Positions 13,501 through 26,513 are shown, numbered from the stretch's first letter. The stretch: 64,000 bases of DNA from Macrostomum lignano (GCA_002269645.1 NIVC01003167.1:1-64000), one strand, 5' to 3'. Notes: generated from the letters alone by a model not told the origin. Numbers and translations are program-made.

Positions 13501-16500
13501 CACAAAGACACAATAGGACAGGAACTACAGACACAATGACACACTAAATACTTAGCAATCTACCAGAGATTCTTACACAACAACTAAACAGAACTTACAC
13601 AGTAAACCAGAGTCTCAACCTGATTAACCACTCCCTGCTCTCCCAGCACACTCGAACCGTCGTAGGCAGTCAAAATCGAAGCAATCCGAAAGCAGAGATT
13701 CTCCAAAACGATGACTAGAAAACCCGGAATTGCCAGCTTAAGAAATGGCCACCAGTTGCTAGCGAAAGCGCACCGAACGTCGTCTGCGCTGGTGTACAGG
13801 AGACCTTTGTATTGCACGTAGGCTGACTCTGTGACAAACATTGTAACAATGGCCAGAGCTTGAGCCACTGCGACCAGTCTGAAAGTTAGAGATGTTGAAG
13901 ATGATGCAGGAGTAAACGAAATTTATAAAAAACATTGCAACTACAACAGATCATTCTTGAGATGCTGTTGCAGCGGGAATAAATCATAATTTAAATGATG
14001 ACGTAATATTAACCGATCAAGGGGTTGTAGCCTAGTGGCTATAGCGTCGGACTCGAAACTTGAAGGTCGGGGGTTCGATTCTCGACTTACTCGGAACAAT
14101 TTTTGTCCTTGAGCAAGACGCTTAACTCTGCATTGCTTCAGTTCACCCAGCTGTAAAATGGGTGCCAGCATTAGCTGGATAATTGAGGGTGTGTGGCGAC
14201 CCCCTCAGTCCTTCGACAATAGGAATGGGTCAACTTTTAATTATCATGTAATACCAATCGATCATAACTAACGCGATGATGCAGTAGAAATCGATCAATA
14301 TTGGAATGATGATGCAATAGTGATCGATCATTATTAGTATGATTTAATCGGAATCAATGATTTATTGAATTATGAAGCAATAAGAATCGAATATTAATTG
14401 TATGATTGAGAAAAAATTCGTCCTATGTTACACTTCTACTTCAAGTAGACCAAGAGGAAATGACTGCAAAATTAATATAGAACAGCAAACCTGTGATCGG
14501 GCGGCAGCAGCTTTGAGAAGGCGGCCTGCAACAGGATGTGCATGAGGTTGCCGGCCACCGCTGACACAGCCGGTATCCGGACATGGTCCTGGCATTGCAG
14601 GTAGCGCGACTGGAGAATGAAGCAGTATTCCACCTGACGGGGTTTTCGGTTGTCCTTCAATTATTGTCGCTAGTGATGAGAATTGAATTAACATATGGGA
14701 GCAAAACCCTTACCAGTATTGCCGGCGAATAAATTAACAGGTATTGGCCTGCAATTCTGAAATGTTGGTTTCGATCGGTTGCAATAAAAAAACACATCAT
14801 GGTCCGTCAATGAATCAGTTAATAATCCAATCAATCAATTCAAAATTAGTAAATAAAAATCAATTAATCAATCAAAACTTCATTCTATCCATCATTTATA
14901 ACGATGAACCTATTGATCAATCAGTTTATTAAACTGTCAATCAATTGATCAATCACTCAAACAATTAATCAATTAATGTATCAATCAACAAACCGATCGA
15001 TTAGTTAGTTGATCAATCAATTAATTAACCAGTCAATGGAAAAACAGCCAACTATTTCAGCTATTCCAAAACATCAGTGACTACTTGCATCAGCACAGCT
15101 GGATTGTGACCGCAGGCCAGAAGAATCCTGTCCAGTATGACGATCAAAGACCAGACTAGCACGGCCACAAATATGAGAATTTGCAGGGCCTGGTGAAAAC
15201 AGATGGTTAACTTGCGTCTCTCGGAGTTTCCAATGGCCTGTAAGATTTGTGATTTTATACGATGTACATTTGCTAGCTGACCCTCTGCCCAGACGGACAC
15301 CCACCCCAAACAGCCTCCAGCCAATAAAAAGTCTTCCCCCAAACGACTGACTATACGACCCTCTGCCCTAAAAGCGACAACCACCCCAAGCCGCCTCCAG
15401 CCAATAAAAAGTCTTCCTCATAAAACTGAATGTACAACTCTCTGCCCTAAAATACACATCCACCCAAACAGCCTCTAGCCAACGAAAAGTATTTTTCATA
15501 AGATTGACAATACCCCTCTACCCAGAGAGACAGCCACCCAAACAGAACTAATAGCTAATTAAATACTACGCTCGTAAATACACTAGCCAAGTTTCAAGTA
15601 ATCCAAAGAAGCAGTAAAGAAAAAACTCAAACATACTCTCGAGAATAGAGTGTCGCAGGCTGTCACAATTCCTTGACCAGTTAAAGTTCCAAATATGGAA
15701 ATCAACTGAAATTAATTTTTGATTAATCAAAATAATCGTACTTTACTAAAGAATTTCTTTAAACTATAAATAAATTTAGCCATACAAGATTAGCCATCAC
15801 GCAGCCAGCAAGCACGTCTTCTGGCATGTGTCGACAAGAGACGGTAGCCTCGGCAGTGATGAGCAGCTGACTCAGCATCATGAGTTGCTGATTGGTTGGA
15901 ATTGGAGAATTGTGAGATTTGGTCAAGTTCAATGGGAGTAGAATTTTACCAAAAACAGACAACAGGCCTGTGAAAAGGCTTAGATTATTTTGGTGGGTTT
16001 TGGTGGAAACGCCATGGAATTTTTCAAATAAGGGCATAGCAAAGATCGTTTTCTTCCTCAACCACAGATGTATGTGTGTATGTGTGTATTCCACAGACAC
16101 TATTGATAGAATAACTGGATACGCCACTCGCAATTAAGGTTTGTGAAAAAGGAGTATCTACTCTTTTTTTCAGTAGTTTTGTCGGCGGAGTATTACTTAC
16201 TTAGTATCAGCCAATGAGAGAGCAGTGAGGAGAGAGGTCAAATTAGTCAGACGGATGAAACTCTGCCTAGGGGGCAGGCTCAATCTGGCTTAGCCAATGA
16301 GAGAGCAGTAAGGAGAGAGGACAAGTCAGACACAAGCGGGCAAGAGGAAGCAAACTGTATATCGGCCTGGCTGGAGGCTTGGGCGCACTGGATTTGGCTT
16401 TTGAAATTTTCCTGAAATCTTTAGTCCCAAATGAATTTTTAAATTAATCTTGAGTCTGAGGCAGACTGGGGTCTGCAGGGTCAGAGGATGCTGATCTAAT

Positions 16501-19500
16501 AAGTCTGCTTGTAGAAAGTCGGAGGGGATTTTTGTAAGCTGCAAAACTTTAAGTATCTATTTTGCTACTGAAATAAGAGTAGGTGAGCGCATTTGTTTAG
16601 AGTGATACATGGTAACATGCCTAGTTATTCTGGCATCTATGGCCACAACCCATTCAATTCCATCTTGCTCCCATCTGCATCTCCGATCTCCTCTAACAGT
16701 TTTTTTTTTCTTTTTACCCAGCTTTTCCATAGCCACTAGCCATTTGCCTCAGAGCTCTGGCCTATTCTCCGGCATGAATAATTGACAGATCTATTTTCTT
16801 CCTACTCATTCTGTATCAATTCTTAGCACATCCATGTGTTAGCTAAGTAACTAGAATTCTAGCCGACTGCTTCTTCGTCAGTAAAAGTCTTTATTTTTTG
16901 TTCAGGCAGCTCAGGCGAGATATAATTGGTGCAGCTGGTTTTTACTCTCGAGTTCGAGTTGAGTAATTATCTCCTATGCATCATTATCCCTTCCAATCAA
17001 GGCCAAGTATGTAGCCTGCTGTTCACTGATGCCTTGCAAATTTCAAGAGTGACATAGCTCTGTACGTTTCTTCGATATTAATTATCACATATCACTGGCG
17101 CCCTCACTGGCGCTCTCAACTCACTGGCTCTTTTATCTCACTGGCGCCCTCATCTCACTGGCGCTCTCATCTCACTGGCGCCCTCACTGGCTCTCTTATC
17201 TCACTGGCTCTCTCATCTCATTGGCGCTCTCATCTCACTGGCGCCCTCACTGGCTCTCTCATCTCACTGGCGCTCTCAACTCACTGGCGCTCTCATCTCA
17301 CTGGCTCTCTCATCTCATTGGCGCTCTCATCTCACTGGCGCTCTCACTGGCACTCTAATCTCACTGGCTCCCTCATCTCACTGGCTCCTCATCTCATGGC
17401 TCTCATCTCACTGGCTCTCTCATCTCATTGGCGCTCTCATCTCACTGGCGCCCTCACTGGCTCTCTCATCTCACTGGCGCTCTCAACTCACTGGCGCTCT
17501 CATCTCACTGGCTCTCTCATCTCATTGGCGCTCTCATCTCACTGGCGCTCTCACTGGCACTCTAATCTCACTGGCGCTCTCACTGGCACTCTAATCTCAC
17601 TGGCGCTCTCATTGGCGCTCTCATCTCACTGGCGCTCTCACTGGCACTCTAATCTCACTGGCGCTCTCACTGGCACTCTCATCTCACTGGCGCTCTCATT
17701 GGCACTCTAATCTCACTGGCGCTCTCACTGGCACTCTAATCTCACTGGCGCTCTCACTGGCACTCTCATCTCACTGGCGCTCTCACTGGCACTCTCATCT
17801 CACTGGCGCTCTCACTGGCACTCTAATCTCACTGGCGCTCTCACTGGCACTCTCATCTCACTGGCGCTCTCACTGGCACTCTAATCTCACTGGCGCTCTC
17901 ACTGGCACTCTAATCTCACTGGCGCTCTCACTGGCACTCTAATCTCACTGGCGCCTCACTGGCACTCTCATCTCACTGGCGCTCTCACTGGCACTCTAAT
18001 CTCACTGGCGCTCTCACTGGCACTCTCATCTCACTGGCGCTCTCACTGGCACTCTAATCTCACTGGCGCTCTCACTGGCACTCTAATCTCACTGGCGCCC
18101 CTATCTCACTCGCACAATTTCACCGCACCAAGCAAATTCGAACAAAATTTGAAGACTAGCTCAAGTGCAGTTATAAACTCATAATAGAAACGTTTTTAAT
18201 CCATCAGTTTGATTTGCTACGCGCGGAGCTAATGAATTATTGAGCTAAAATCGAAATGGTTGTTCGTGACGTCTTACTGAATCTGTCTGGCCAAATCCAC
18301 GGTTTCAGAGCAGCCTCCCGATGCCTTCTGTTTTATTCAATTATTTACAGATATTTTGGAGTTGCAAGTGCTCAATTAACAATGGATGGATGCACTTTAG
18401 ATGGGCCAGTGAGATTCAATAGATGATATTTTAGAATCGCACTATCTCAGATAAAGGATGAGATTTTAGAATCTCACTATCTCAGATAAAGGATGAGATT
18501 TTAGAATCTCACTATCTCAGATAAAGGATGAGATTTTAGAATCTCACTATCTCAGATAAAGGATGAGATTTTAGAATCTCACTATCTCAGATAAAGGATG
18601 AGATTTTAGAATCTCACTATCTGAGATAAAGCATGAGATTCTAGAATCTCACTATCTCAGATAAAGCATGAGATTTTATAATCTCACTATCTCAGATAAA
18701 GCATGAGATTTTAGAATCTCACTATCTCAGATAAAGCATGAGATTTTAGAATCTCACTATCTCAGATAAAGGATGAGATTTTAGAATCTCACTATCTGAG
18801 ATAAAGCATGAGATTCTAGAATCTCACTATCTGAGATAAAGCATGAGATTTTAGAATCTCACTATCTGAGATAAAGCATGAGATTTTAGAATCTCACTAT
18901 CTGAGATAAAGCATGAGATTTTAGAATCTCACTATCTCAGATAAAGGAGGGGGGCCGTAGCCCAGCGGTAGCGCAGCTGCTCTGGTGTGCCGCGACCCAG
19001 GCTCGATTCCAAGTGCAGCCACATTAATTTGGGGCTGAATTGGAATTTCGGCTTGGCTCGCTTGTGCAATTAACGGCCTTGAGAGCCAACCCCCCAAGGC
19101 GCAGTGAAGTGTACATGCCTAACGATAAAATAAAGTTAGGGCCGCTGTACACTCCTGTGTGAGTGTGTGCCTGCGTAACGTATCCGCGCGCTTGTATGCC
19201 TGCTCAGGGGAGTCGGCGGAATGGGCAGCAATGCCTCTCGCCGGTTGTGTGCCAATGTCGCTTAAAGTGCGCTAGGGTGCACACAACCCCCACTGCCTCT
19301 AACAAAAAAAATCTCAGATAAAGGATGAGATTTTAGAATCTCACTATCTCAGATAAAGGATGAGATTTTAGAATCTCACTAATCTCAGATTAAAGATGAG
19401 ATTTTAGAATCTCACTAATCTCAGATTAAAGATGAGATTTTAGAATCTCACTAATCTGAGATTAAGGATGAGATTTTAGAATCTCACTTTTTTGGAGGAT

Positions 19501-19680
19501 GCTCCCTTGGCAATACTAAAGATTCGAACTCACCACGGGAAAGGCCAGTCTCAAAATCCGGCCAATCTCATTGCGGTTCTCCTGCGCAGGTGCGCCATCG
19601 GCTCTGTCGCCGCAGTCAGCCGCAATGCCAGTAGCCGGAGAACTCTGCTCGGCAGACTCCGCAGCGTTATCAGTCATCAT
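7549..19680 (-). CDS. SLC47A: MATE family multidrug/toxin extrusion transporter, ~607 aa, 13 coding exons, with a C-terminal 13th TM segment
   Basis: Exons (minus): 19534-19680 (MMTDN...EIGRILRLAFPV), 15786-15887, 15637-15705 (GQGIVTACDTLFSR), 15089-15237, 14714-14756, 14491-14633 (SRYLQCQ), 13599-13878 (NWWPFLKLAIPG), 10873-10981 (SIRVARSLGAG), 9897-9972, 9731-9800, 9253-9483 (GVLRGC...GIWIG...RTDW), 8678-8738, 7549-7892 (RRKILAALATLGLLAGSILVR). All phases are consistent; intron 4 is GC-AG. The 8678-8738 exon is the least certain. Confidence 0.92.
8061..8530. repeat. 41-bp tandem repeat (10 copies plus 2 degenerate), MATE intron 12
   Basis: AATTCTACTTCCGGTTCGTAGGAAATGCTTAGGGTCTGTCT. Confidence 0.97.
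8878..9210. repeat. 50-bp tandem repeat, MATE intron 11
   Basis: CAGCCAATCAAATCAAATCACGTGACTAAGTCAGACAACCACCCAAACCA. Confidence 0.93.
10020..10778. repeat. 21-bp tandem repeat, MATE intron 8
   Basis: ATGTCTATGACCAGATACTGC. Confidence 0.96.
11325..13545. repeat. 30-bp tandem repeat, MATE intron 7, interrupted by the LINE at 12552-13454
   Basis: GACACACTAGGACAGGAACTACAGACATAA. Confidence 0.96.
12552..13454 (-). mobile_element. 5'-truncated, 5'-inverted RTE-like non-LTR retrotransposon
   Basis: RT C-terminus GYADDLALL...GLKINAKKTE...FRYLG...YNAETWT; (ATTGT)n 3' tail at 12552-12577; 13-bp TSD GACAGGAACTACA (12539-12551 / 13455-13467); inserted in a 30-bp minisatellite. Confidence 0.92.
14021..14190 (+). 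mobile_element. tRNA-derived SINE, family A, second copy (MATE intron 6)
   Basis: A box TAGCCTAGTGG, B box GGTTCGATTCT, then CCTTGAGCAAGACGCTTAACTCTG...CTGTAAAATGGG. Confidence 0.82.
17090..18110. repeat. CTCACTGG-based minisatellite (13-17 bp subunits, ~30-bp dimer), MATE intron 1
   Basis: ATCTCACTGGCGCTCTCACTGGCACTCTA and variants. Confidence 0.95.
18420..19490. repeat. 35-bp tandem repeat interrupted by SINE B, MATE intron 1
   Basis: ATCTCACTATCTCAGATAAAGGATGAGATTTTAGA. Confidence 0.96.
18949..19310 (+). mobile_element. tRNA-derived SINE, family B, full-length copy
   Basis: A box TAGCCCAGCGG, B box GGCTCGATTCC, A-rich tail, and 15-bp TSD ATCTCAGATAAAGGA (18934-18948 / 19311-19325). Homologous copies lie at 31.5, 38.0 and 58.1 kb. 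Confidence 0.93.
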
Positions 19681-20174
19681 TTTGTCGGTAAACAGCTAGG
19701 TAAACCGGCAGCTGTGTCAACTGCATACAGAGTGTATGCGATGCGCCTGTTAAATAAATATACACTCTAAGCCTTTACACAACCAGCCAACCAATCCTTG
19801 ATGCTTTACTCTCGCCAGTCAGCGAAACCCGCTAAGCACTATTGACTGAACATGCCGCTGAAAAAAGGAGATGGCTGCCGGCCTGTCAATAGACTGGGAA
19901 GCCGGGCCGGCCCATCGACATTATTGGCTGATGTGTCGCTGTTATTGATGAGCGTTGACAGACAGACAGAGAAAACGTACCCATTCAATCGACCAATAAT
20001 CAATAAGAGACTTTCAGTCTCAGTCGCGCAGTGTGAGTTGTTTGTAGCAAAATATAGGACAAGGTTGATTCCAGGTTGTCAGTGCGGAGTTGCTGCAGGC
20101 TTGAATCAGTGGCGTGATGGACTGGACACCTGAGGTAGCGACATTTCATATCAGAGAGAGCCAGTTTATTTAAG

Positions 20175-20930
20175 AGGGCGCCATTTCATTAGGTGGGGCG
20201 CCATTTCTTTTGAGGGGGCGCTATTTTTTTGAAGTAAGCGCCATTTCTTTTGTGAAAGTGCCATTTTTTTGAGGAAGCACCATTTCTTTTGTGAAAGTGC
20301 CATTTCTTTTGAGGGAGCGCCATTTCTTTTGTGAAAGTGCCATTTCTTTTAAGGGAGCGCCATTTCTTTTGTGAAAGTGCCATTTGAGGGAGCGCCATTT
20401 CTTTTGTGAAAGTGCCATTTGAGGGAGCGCCATTTCTTTTGTGAAAGTGCCATTTCTTTTGAGGGAGCGCCATTTCTTTTGTGAAAGTGCCATTTGAGGG
20501 AGCGCCATTTCTTTTGTGAAAGTGCCATTTCTTTTGAGGGAGCGTTATTTCTTTTGTGAAAGTGCCATTTCTTTTGAGGGAGCGTTATTTCTTTTGTGAA
20601 AGTGCCATTTCTTTTGAGGGAGCGTTATTTCTTTTGTGAAAGTGCCATTTCTTTTGAGGGGGCACCACTTCTTCTGAAGAGGCACCATTTCTCTTGAGAG
20701 AGAGCCATTTCTTTCGAAGGGACGCCATTTCTTCTCAAGGGGCGCCATTTCTTTTAGGGAGCACCATTTCTTTTGAATGAGCGCCATTTCTTTTGAGGGA
20801 GCGCCATTTCTTTTGAGGGAGCGCCATTTCTTTCGAAGGGACGCCATTTCGTTAGAAGGAGCGCCATTTCTTTTGAAGGGGCACTATTTCATGTCAAGAG
20901 GGTGCCATTTCTTTTGAAGGAAGCGCCAAA
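20175..20930. repeat. ~19-21 bp GCCATTTCTTTT minisatellite upstream of the MATE start exon
   Basis: GAGGGAGCGCCATTTCTTTT alternating with GTGAAAGTGCCATTTCTTTT. Confidence 0.95.
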
Positions 20931-21337
20931 GCTACTGTCAGCTGATCGCAGCCCCTCCCAGCACTTAAGCGAATAAATTATAATTTCAAAGCGATCCACC
21001 CGATTGAGCGGCAGAAACGGTAACAGAGCCTAGCAAAGTGCTGTTCCTTCCTGCCCAGACTCATAAATTAAGCATTTTGTTACTTGCAATTGAAATTGAA
21101 TGTTGCGCTGGAGGGTATAATATTCTAGCAAGACGGACCGACAGCCTGCTCTCAAGGGAGGCCTGGGCTCAAGGCTTCAGGCCACTTGGCATTTGCTGAC
21201 CCAGAGAATTGACTCATTTTACAGATATACTGTCAAGAACAGGACTTTCATGAGCTGTGGATTAAATTATTCTTTTGGGAATAACCCTCTCTGATAAGGG
21301 TGCTCCATTAGCATGGAATAAGACTGGACAGACATGA

Positions 21338-21371
<34 letters not shown>

Positions 21372-21894
21372 TACAGACAGGCTGAACTGCAATTTCACAA
21401 AAAATTAAAAGCGCACAAAAACTTCAGCATGAAAGTTGTCAGATGGAATTCAATCTAGTGGATTTTCAATTTTAATATTTACAGAGAACATTAACAAAAT
21501 AGCTGGGTGCTACAACTAGTTTCAATTACAATTGCAAACGGAAACAAATATCTCAAAAATGATTCTCAGACAGAACAGAAATAAAAAGTACTTCATAAAA
21601 GCATACGGTAAAAATTATGGAATATACATGCCCAGGTCTATTAGTTCGCAGAGCGCTTCCGCGAAAGTCTTGAATCACTTTTTTATTCTGGTTAATTTAA
21701 TTCGGTGCAATCCAACCTCGGATTAAAATTTAACAAATAAAATTATACCGTAAAACAATACAAGCAGACGGGATACCAAAACTTCGAATCAGGAAAATGG
21801 CAAATGTGACTAACCATAAATTTCCTTTAATATCAACAGATAGATTGGAAATAACTGAATTTTGTGCTGCTCAGTCTTGTGAGTTTGACTGATT

Positions 21895-21929
21895 CTGTCT
21901 CTCTGTCTCTCTGTCTGTCTGTCTGTCTA

Positions 21930-22006
<77 letters not shown>

Positions 22007-22068
22007 GTGTCTGTCTGCCTGTCTATCTGTCTGTCTGTCTGTCTGTTTATCTGTCTGTCGTCTGTCTA

Positions 22069-22147
<79 letters not shown>

Positions 22148-22157
22148 GCCTGTCTGG

Positions 22158-22255
<98 letters not shown>

Positions 22256-22296
22256 GGCTGTCTGTTTGCCTGTCTGGCTGTCTGTTTGTCTGTCTA

Positions 22297-22383
<87 letters not shown>

Positions 22384-22410
22384 GGCTGTCTGTCTGTCTG
22401 TCTGTCTGTC
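21895..22410. repeat. (TCTG)n microsatellite immediately 3' of the SBP2 stop codon
   Basis: Direct reading. Confidence 0.98.
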
Positions 22411-22470
22411 CTAGTTGGCAATTCAGTCAGCTCCCATCAATCAGCAATCTCTCGCCGACAAAGCAGCCAA

Positions 22471-24603
22471 TCAAGCATCGCCCAGTTCTGTCCCGTTCGA
22501 CAACCACTTGGCAACTTTGTCGCCAGCGGTCGAGCTGTTCGCTGCGTCATTCGCTGCGCCGCTTTCGTTCTCGTCAATAGCCTGGGCGACCACGACAACG
22601 CCTAGCGAAGATTGCCGACTGTGGAAGCCGTAGAGCTGCGAGTTCGGGGCCGCGGAGGCGACGGCAGCTGCGGCTGGGGCGGACGAGTCGAGCTCGCTCA
22701 GCGGCTCGCTAATTGGATTCGAGGTGTCGCTCGGATTGCGTGAATGACTCGCCGAGGGGCGAATCTGCTGCTGCTGGTTGGTGACCGATTCTTCCGCAAC
22801 TTCGGTAGCTGCTTCGTTAGCAACGACAATGGCGTCTTTAGCAACTGAGTGGTCGTCGACTCGGGCGCATTCGAGCGCCATTCGACTGAGAGTCTCGTAA
22901 TCGGCCCTGGCTTTGTGGACCAGTCTAAGGAATGATGGAGGAGCTTGAGAAGGTTTGGCGGAGAAACAAAGACCACTATATGAAGTAATCTACCGTCAGG
23001 ACAAAGAACACTAACTCTGGGGTAACCTACAACCGGGACAAAGTCCCACTTACTCTCCGATATAACCTAGAGCCGGAACAAAGACCCACTAAAAACATAC
23101 AGCCAGAACAAAGCCTCACTAACTCTCTGGGATAACCTACAGTCGCAACAAAGACCCAGTAGCTCTCTGGGATGCCTACAGCAGGAACAAAGACCACTAC
23201 CGGAACAAAGACCACTATGGGAACAAAGACCACTACCTAGACCTACAAAGACTACTAACTAGACCTACAGCCGCAACAAAGACCCACTAACTCTCTGGGA
23301 AAACCTAAAACCGGAACAAAGACCACTAACTAAACTTACAACCGGAACAAAGACCACAAACTAAACCTACAGCCGCAACAAAGACCCACTCAAAGCCAGC
23401 ACTTACTCAAGCAGGGCATTAACATTAGCTTCGCAGCCTTGATAATCAAACACGGCCACAACAGACACTGGCACAGTTTTTCTCAGCACTCGGCCCATTT
23501 CCCGACGTTTCAAGCCGAACACGTAGGGCACAGAGCGCTGCTGGCACAGGTTAATGAGCTGGTTAATGCTGTCATCCAGACCTCCGGGAGCCTGCACCCG
23601 TTCCAAATCCGGAGAGATGAAGACTAGACGGATTCGATTTAATCCAATATGCTTCCTGGCCTCGCGAAGGCCCATAACTAACCGCCGCTTCTGCTTGGCC
23701 TTAGCCGGGTCCCTCGCCCTCGCCCTGGCCTGATAGAAGGCCAGATCGCGTAGCACCTTCACGGACAGCTCCTGCACCGATTTCATTAATAACTGGTCGC
23801 AGTATTCGCGAAAACGGCGACTATGAATTGATTTCGACTGCGGAGCAGGCGGTGGTGGCGGCGGTGGTGGCTCAACCGCTTCTGGAGACTGACAAACTGA
23901 TGAAGGTGAAGGAGCGTCGCAGTTCTCAGCATCTGTAGATTCTTTATCAGCAGCTTCCTCTTCTGCATCGGCTGCGGCTGCTGCTGCTGTTGCTGCTTTT
24001 CTTCTGAGTGAATTTGTGAAACAGACCTTATTTTAGTTGTAGTTTATTACTATGTTCTACACCTAAAACATATAACCTACTACACCCAACTGTAACTAGT
24101 AATATAATATTACGCTTTAAAGAAGTATAAACCACTGAGATCGTAAACTCCTACCAATCAATTGGCAAATTATACTCTACATAATCGAGCGTCACTACTA
24201 ACAGCAGCCTAATGGACATAAAGCGCCTTACCTAGCCTGCCGCTCCATCAATATAATCTTCTTAGTTAGCGACTTTTTCTTCGCTTTCGGTCGCTCCCGC
24301 TGTTTGCCAACCCGAACCGGCGCGCCACATGACGAATGACCGACGCCTGAGCTGGCAGCCCCGCTGGACTTGCCGGCCGGTCCGGCCGCTGGCCGCTGAT
24401 GGACAGCCGCGATGGCTTTGTTCACCACTAATAGGCTGGAGGACAGCAGCAGGCTCTGCCTGGCTGCCCGATTCAACTGCTGCCTGCGGCCTACCGACTG
24501 CGGCTGCGGCTGACTCTTGGATCTGGCGGGCAAGATATAAATCTGATCGATAGACTTCAGCACTCTGTCTGCCTATCTGTCTGTCTGACTGCCTGTCTGT
24601 CTG

Positions 24604-24672
<69 letters not shown>

Positions 24673-24677
24673 GTGTG

Positions 24678-24716
<39 letters not shown>

Positions 24717-24807
24717 GTGTGTGTGTGTGTCTGTCTGCCTGCCTGCCTGCCTGTCTGTCTGTCTGTCTGCCTGCCTGCCTGTCTGTCTGCCTGTCTGTCT
24801 GCCTGCC

Positions 24808-24868
<61 letters not shown>

Positions 24869-24869
24869 T

Positions 24870-24908
<39 letters not shown>

Positions 24909-25936
24909 GCCTGTCTGTCTGCCTGTCTGTCTATCTTCTTCTATTTTAGTAGTGCATGTTTGTCCCCATGAAAACGTTTAGGCCAAGAAGCGCAACAGAG
25001 TCAATTCAGAGCTGTCGCAGGTACCACAGACAAAATAGGAAAGAAGTTGACTCCCGACGAATTTAAATAAAACGACGAGATGCCACGGTACAACGCGGTC
25101 GCCAAAAAGTCGCCCTAAGAGTTATTTCAAAGTTCTGTCTCTCTCAGAGCGACTCCAACGACTCTGGGGCCGTAGAGTCATCTCTGAGATATCAGAGTCG
25201 CTGGAGACTCCCGTCTAAAGCGCATCGGCGTCTTTGGACGACTTTTTCACGACTCAACAGACACCAGCCTCAAAGACATCAGTCGAAGGCCTTACCCAGA
25301 CGTTCCGCAAGCCTCCGGCTGCTGCACAGTCGAAGTCGGAGGCAGGGCGCTGCCAGCTGTTACAGATGGAGCTGGGCGGCCGGCCTGCAGACTGGGGAAC
25401 TCCTCCTGCTCCAGCTGAAACTCCGGCTGCTGCTCAGCTTCACCCAGGCCGGCATCATCAGCGCCTAACTGCTGCTTGTCCTGTAGGCCAGACTTCTTCT
25501 TACTTCGTTTCTTTTTAGAACGACGATTTGAACGCGATTTCTTCTGCTTCAGCTGGATTTTGTTACTGTTGGCTTCGGCAGGCTCGTTGTGCTCCTTGGC
25601 ATCCGTGGAGACTTTGCCAGCGGGAGGTTGAGAAGGCGTCGAAGTTGAGAACGAATTTGATGGTTGAAGCTGAGGCGCTGCCGCCGGCGGCGGTCGGGGC
25701 TGCCTGATTGCGGCTGAGTACGAGAGCGTCCTGGACTGCGCTGGGAAATGGAGTGCGGGAAATGCAGGCACTGACTGCTTGGTACACTACTTTTAGTACT
25801 GCATGCTGCACTAATGATAGTGCGTGTTTGGATTCACCGATTCTTGAATAACACTAAGAATTAGTACTACTACTGCTACTACTATTACTATTACTACTAC
25901 TAATACTACTACTACTACTACTACGATTACTACTAC

Positions 25937-25977
<41 letters not shown>

Positions 25978-25993
25978 ATACTACTACGATTAA

Positions 25994-26053
<60 letters not shown>

Positions 26054-26075
26054 GATTAATACTACTACTACTACA

Positions 26076-26110
<35 letters not shown>

Positions 26111-26116
26111 GATTAA

Positions 26117-26176
<60 letters not shown>

Positions 26177-26182
26177 GATTAA

Positions 26183-26242
<60 letters not shown>

Positions 26243-26264
26243 GATTAATACTACTACTACTACA

Positions 26265-26296
<32 letters not shown>

Positions 26297-26302
26297 GATT
26301 AA

Positions 26303-26350
<48 letters not shown>

Positions 26351-26377
26351 GATTACTACTACTACTACTACTACTAT

Positions 26378-26418
<41 letters not shown>

Positions 26419-26426
26419 ATACTACA

Positions 26427-26472
<46 letters not shown>

Positions 26473-26473
26473 T

Positions 26474-26505
<32 letters not shown>

Positions 26506-26513
26506 ATACTACA

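Noticed and set aside
14021-14095. tRNA genes at SINE heads (also 673, 18949, 31545, 38050)
   Set aside because: The acceptor stems are not intact and the heads continue into shared non-tRNA bodies, so they are SINEs.
15888-16133. MPLFEKF... ORF extension as the MATE N-terminus
   Set aside because: Exon 19534-19680 (EIGRILRLAFPV|GTGAGT) fits the MATE TM1 entry and the splice phase much better.
25130-25220. Small imperfect inverted repeats (AGCGACTC/GAGTCGCT) in SBP2 intron 4
   Set aside because: Too short, and single-copy within this window, to call an element.
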